Below, piece by piece: positions 59,346-64,000 of a stretch of 64,000 nucleotides of DNA. A program made the position numbers and the translations under genes. Numbering within the stretch: position 1 is the stretch's first letter; each line of letters begins with the position of its first letter. The stretch covers positions 255,006,001-255,070,000 of the forward strand of contig JBNRSN020000007.1 of assembly GCA_051313645.2 (NCBI GenBank), written 5' to 3'. The notes beneath the pieces were generated by a model, which saw nothing but the letters and a program-made list of their open reading frames with translations, had not been told where the DNA came from and made no database searches. The stretch comes from Centroscyllium fabricii (lineage: Eukaryota).

Positions 59346-60632
59346 CTTTAAATCGGCTGCAAATTCTTTTCCTACAGAATCCATGGGTAAGTCCTGAGAC
59401 ATTGAGGTCATAGTGGACAAGAAGCTCGCTGACTCTGTTAGATGGGGTAAAGGGGACAAGCTCCGGCTTTCTTCCCTGATGCTTTCACCAAGGAGATCAA
59501 TTTTCTCAGTAACAGAAGCTAGCTCGGTCTTTAAGCCAAGAAGCTTTGAATTAATGGCGCTCATTAAATTAGGATCGTTGACATTTGCAGCTTCAACGTT
59601 ACTTTCATTGAGGGACTGCTTTGGCAGATCGATGGTTGAACAAAGCTTGGCATCAGAAATTAAGCCACTTGTGTCAGAAATTAAGAGGTCAATGACTTCA
59701 CTAACAAGTTCGGCTTGATCTTTAATGCTGAACAGAATTTCAAGGTCTTTTGTTCCCAACAACCTGGCAGTATCATCGTTATCAGCGGTTCTGCTGCTCC
59801 CACTTCCAGAGGTTCTCTCTTGGGTTTCCTTCGAATCATTTTCACCTCCGACTGGTACTTCTCGCCTGGGCTGTGGTGAAGAGATATCTGCAGAGTCGCT
59901 AACCTCGGTATCAAGCTCTCTGCAGCACTTTTGGCACTGATAGGATGCCAAGTCATAACGCTGAAGGTTTGAAACGAGCACACGGTTCTCATATTCCAGC
60001 TTCTTGACTTTCCCATTGATGTCACTGATTTGGAGTCTTGCTGCCATAAGCTCTTCCTGGGAAGGCTCGTTTAACGATGGACAACTATCTGACCAGGTTG
60101 ACTCCTGATTGGACTCCGATTTGTATCTGTTTAGTTCATTCATGAGGTGCTTATTTTGGTCCTCTAACTCAATTAAGGATCGCCTCAGAAGCTCGGCCTC
60201 CTCTTCCACAAATTGAAGGTGACGCCGGAGTTCCCCAACATTCTCCCCAAACTCGCCATAGCTTGTGCTGGTAATTCCCAGTCTAATATCCTGGCTTGAG
60301 GGTTCTTTCTCACAGTGACCTTTTAGATCATCCATTTCAGCTTTTAGGCCACGGTTTTCCACCTCCAGTTCCACTGTCCTTCTGCTCAGAATGTTGGCTT
60401 CCTCCTCGACCAGCTTCAGGTGCAATTTTAGTTCAGCTTCTCTTACATGAGGAGACTCTCCAATTTCACCAATAGACACTGTATTGTCCAAATCACCATA
60501 AAGAGAGCTGTATTTCACCAGCTCCTCTCTCATGGTTTCATTCTCCTTTACTAACTTGGTCAGCTTTTTGCACATCACAGCGGCTTCCTCTTTAGCAAAA
60601 TGGAGCTGGCATTTCAGATCAGCACTATCCTC
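59346..60632 (-). CDS. MTCL2: MTCL2/SOGA1 large coiled-coil exon (1287 nt, SOGA repeats); upstream exons lie beyond the window
   Basis: AAAATAG|GAG…AAG|GTAAG; EDSADLKCQLHFAKEEAAVMCKKLTKL…ELKLHLKLVEEEANILSRR…ELRRHLQFVEEEAELLRRS…KVKKLEYENRVL. Confidence 0.95.
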
Positions 60633-60778
60633 CTATTTTGAATTAAAGAGAATGAATATAAATCTACATATTCACAAAGGATGCTAAAGAACAGTAGTTC
60701 AGAATATGTCGTCACACTCTTACTATTTAAATTGCAAAACAAGTTTGATGGCACGCCAAAGCAGCAACATGCCACGTT

Positions 60779-62470
60779 GATGGAATCAATTATTAAGGAT
60801 GTGATAGCAGACCATTTGGAAAGTGGTGACATGATAGGTCCAAGTCAGCATGGATTTGTGAAAGGGAAATCATGCTCGACAAATCTTCTGGAATTTTTTG
60901 AGGATGTTTCCAATAGAGTAGACAAGGGAGAACCAGTTGATGTGGTGTATCTGGACTTTCAGAAGGCTTTCGACAAGGTCCCACACAAGAGATTGGTGTG
61001 CAAAGTTAAAGCACATGGGATTGGGGGCAATGTATTGACGTGGATGGAGAACTGGTTGGCACACAGGAAACAAAGAGTAGGAGTAAATGGGTACTTTTCA
61101 GAATGGCAGGCAGTGACCAGCGGGGTACTGCAAGGTTCGGTGCTGGGGCCCCAGCTGTTTACATTATATATTAATGATTTGGACGAAGGGATTAAATGTT
61201 GTATCTCCAAATTTGTGGATGACACTAAATTGGGAGGCAGTGTGAGCTGCGAGGAGGATGCTAAGAGGCTACAGAGTGACTTGGACAGGATAGGTGAATG
61301 GGCACATGTATGGCAGATGACGTACAATGTGGATAAATGTGAGGTTATCCACTTTGGCGGTGAAAATAGAGAGACAGACTATTATCTGAATGGTGACAGA
61401 TTAGGGAAAGGGGAGGTGCAACGAGACCTGGGCGTCATGGTACATCAGTCACTGAAGGTGGAAATGCAGGTACAGCAGGCAATCAAGAAAGCAAATGGCA
61501 TGTTGGCCTTCATTGCGAGGGGATTGGAGTACAGGAGTAGGGAGGTGTTGCTACAGTTGCACAGGGCCTTGGTGAGGCCACACTTGGAGTATTGTGTGCA
61601 GTTTTGGTCTCCTAACTTGAGGAAGCCATAATGTGGAGGTGCCGGTGTTGGACTGGGGTGGACAAATGCAAGAAGTCACACAACACCAGATTATAGTCCA
61701 ACGGTTTTATTTTAAATCACAAGCTTTCAGAGCTTCTGCCCCTTAGTCAGGTGAAAGAGAGTCTGGCTTAAAGAACGCACATGTGTGATGAGAGAAATCT
61801 GATGTGGGAGATATCAGATTTCTCTCATCACACATGTGCGTTCTTTAAGCCAGACTCTCTTTCACCTGACAAAGGGGCAGAAGCTCCGAAAGCTTGTGAT
61901 TTAAAATAAAACCGTTGGACTATAATCTGGTGTTGTGTGACTTCTTGAACTTGAGGAAGGACATTCTTGCTATTGAGGGAGTGCAGCGAAGGTTTACTAG
62001 ATTGATTCCCGGGATGGCCGGACTGACATATCAAGAAAGACTGGATCAACTGAACTTGTACTCCCTGGAGTTCAGAAGAATGAGGGCGGATCTCATAGAA
62101 ACGTTTAAAATACTGACGGGTTTAGACAGGTTAGATGCGGGCAGAATGTTCCCATTGTTGGGGAAGTCCAGAACCAGGGGGCACAGACTAAGGATAAGGG
62201 GTAAGCTATTTAGGACCGAGATGAGGAGAAACTTCTTCACCCAGAGAGTGGTGAACCTGTGGAATTCTCTACCACAGAAAGTTGTTGAGGCCAGTTCACT
62301 AAATATATTCAAAAGGGAGTTAGATGTAATACTTACAACTAGGGGGATCAAGGGATATGGCGAGAAAGCAGGAATGGGGTACTGATGTAGCATGTTCAGC
62401 CATGAACGTGTTGAATGGCGGTGCAGGCTCGAAGGGCCGAATGGTCTACTCCTGCACCTATTTTCTATGT
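60779..62470 (+). mobile_element. CR1 LINE (RT to 3' UTR), interrupted at 61626-61947
   Basis: [30 protein letters not shown] | NLRKDILAIEGVQRRF…GY*. Near-identical to 37320-37773 where they overlap. Confidence 0.95.
61626..61947. mobile_element. Palindromic Penelope-derived element (inverted pseudo-LTR pair)
   Basis: 135-bp inverted arms (61669-61803 and 61813-61947) around a 9-nt loop. 12-bp duplication AACTTGAGGAAG (61614-61625, 61948-61959). Same terminus as 47508-47591. Confidence 0.85.
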
Positions 62471-63723
62471 ATCTATTGCGCAATGTTGCAACACGAAATG
62501 CACCGCTGCCATCCTTATTTTAACAAAGAAGCGCAGGCCAGGTGATTTCTGGTCAACTGGCGGGGAGGAGGGGAATGAATCAGAGGGTGAATCATTCCCT
62601 GGACACTGTTCTGCACGTTCTACTGGCTGCTTTCAAACCAGCAATGGCAGGAGAAACAGAACTGGGGAAAAGGAGGAAAATAACAGAGGGAGTGTCAACC
62701 TCATAAATGGAAACACAAAAGGAGCATTGTGCAAAACCTTAGCTGCAGTATTCTTAAAAGGATAAAAAATGAATCTGTGTAATCATGTATCCAAGGAATG
62801 CTAAGCTGTAATCCAAGAATCATGGGCTTGTTTTAACATGCTAAATCTAAATGGAGGAGGCTGCAAGCACGGCCAGCGAGTATAACGTCTGACGTTCTAA
62901 CGTGAGAAATGACTCCTTTTTAAATTTGAAGGCATGATTTATTTTCCAAAGGACCCCTGGCACTTTCTTGGGTCTCCCTACACCAATCATCATCTCCCAC
63001 TAATAGGATGGACAGTTTACCTATGTTGTCACCAATGCGATTCTGTAACTAGATGATTTGCAAATCTTAATGAGGTACAGACTGTTGTCAAAGGGCCATG
63101 GTTGTATTTTAAGGGCGTTTTCAAGCAGCTTGCTAGTCCAGAAACCGCTCCTTTGGAGCTGTCTGACTGGCCACCAGCAAGTTTTGAACTGCAGCAACAG
63201 CTGTAATACTTGTCGTGAAAAACTTTGTGATGCGGTATTCATAAGAAGAATATTTCCAAATGTGGACATGAGTGCTACGCCTAATCATGTCCGTGCATTT
63301 TAGTTTGAAAACAGTCACTTTACCAGGATGACAATGACACTTAAAGCTCCATGAAATAGCAACCTGCCATTGAAGAAAATACCTCAGACAACCGTTCCAA
63401 TTACACTTCGATTACGTTGGCCTGAATTTTAATGGGGAGGCAGGTTGGGAGCAGGGGAGCTCGGAAGTGGTCGGGAAAGCCGGGAGAACGGGTTTCCCGC
63501 AGGCCGTACCGAGTTTAACGGCAGAGTCTAATTTGCACGGGAAACCTCTATTTCCAACCCACAGCCAGCCAGATTGAGGGGCCGCAGAGCGGAAGGAGGG
63601 AGGGATCGCGTGGGGGCCCTGGGGGGCTGGCCAGATAAGTGAGGGGGGTGGGGGCACATCGGGAACAATTGTGGGGCTGCTGCGGAACAACCGGGGGCCG
63701 GATCAGCGGGGGGGGGGTTTGGG

Positions 63724-64000
63724 AACATAGAAACATAGAAGATAGGAGCAGGAGTAGGCCATTCGGCCCCTCGAGCCTGCTCCGCCATTCAATGAATTCG
63801 TGGCTGATCATCCAAATTCAGTACCCTGTCCCTGCTTTCTCCCCATATCCCTTGATCCCTTTAGCCTTAAGAAATATATCAAACTAATTCTTGAATATAT
63901 TTAATGAACTGGCCTCTACGGCCCTCTGTGGTAGAGAATTCCACAGGTTCACCACTCTCTGGGTGAAGAAATTCCTCCTCATCTCTGTCCTAAATGGCTT
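63724..64000 (-). mobile_element. CR1 3' end (runs off the window)
   Basis: Reverse complement of the 5245-5636 type ORF2 end and UTR. Confidence 0.9.

Noticed and set aside
20675-60632. Calling the gene MTCL1 or SOGA3
   Set aside because: Motifs such as YGIVQEFFRNVCGR, EGKIMIEPGFLFT, LEQKFWSQEKN and the CDCTSQSLTSCF last exon fit recalled SOGA1/MTCL2 better; a phylogeny would be decisive.

Overview
Vertebrate genomic DNA, most likely a cartilaginous fish (HE1-like and SacSINE1-like SINEs, abundant CR1). The minus strand carries the 3' ~1351 codons of an MTCL2/SOGA1 orthologue in 10 frame-consistent GT-AG exons (60632 down to the stop at 18342), probably followed by a ~10 kb 3' UTR ending near an AATAAA at 8204-8209. 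The best new signal is an ATG-less alternative exon (55586-55687) missing from the ORF track. It encodes a 33-aa hydrophobic C-terminal membrane anchor resembling the SOGA3/MTCL3 tail and is flanked by four TGCATG (Rbfox) motifs. The rest is a dense transposon landscape: a CsRn1-like Gypsy element with an open gag-pol frame inserted in a CR1, Tc1/mariner MITEs loaded with NRF1/YY1/CCAAT/RFX-like motifs, Harbinger-type MITEs plus a fossil autonomous Harbinger, Penelope-derived palindromes with hammerhead-like cores (one with a templated inverted copy of local DNA), and a 5 kb purine-skewed degenerate repeat. All homologies were recognised from memory; no database search was run.
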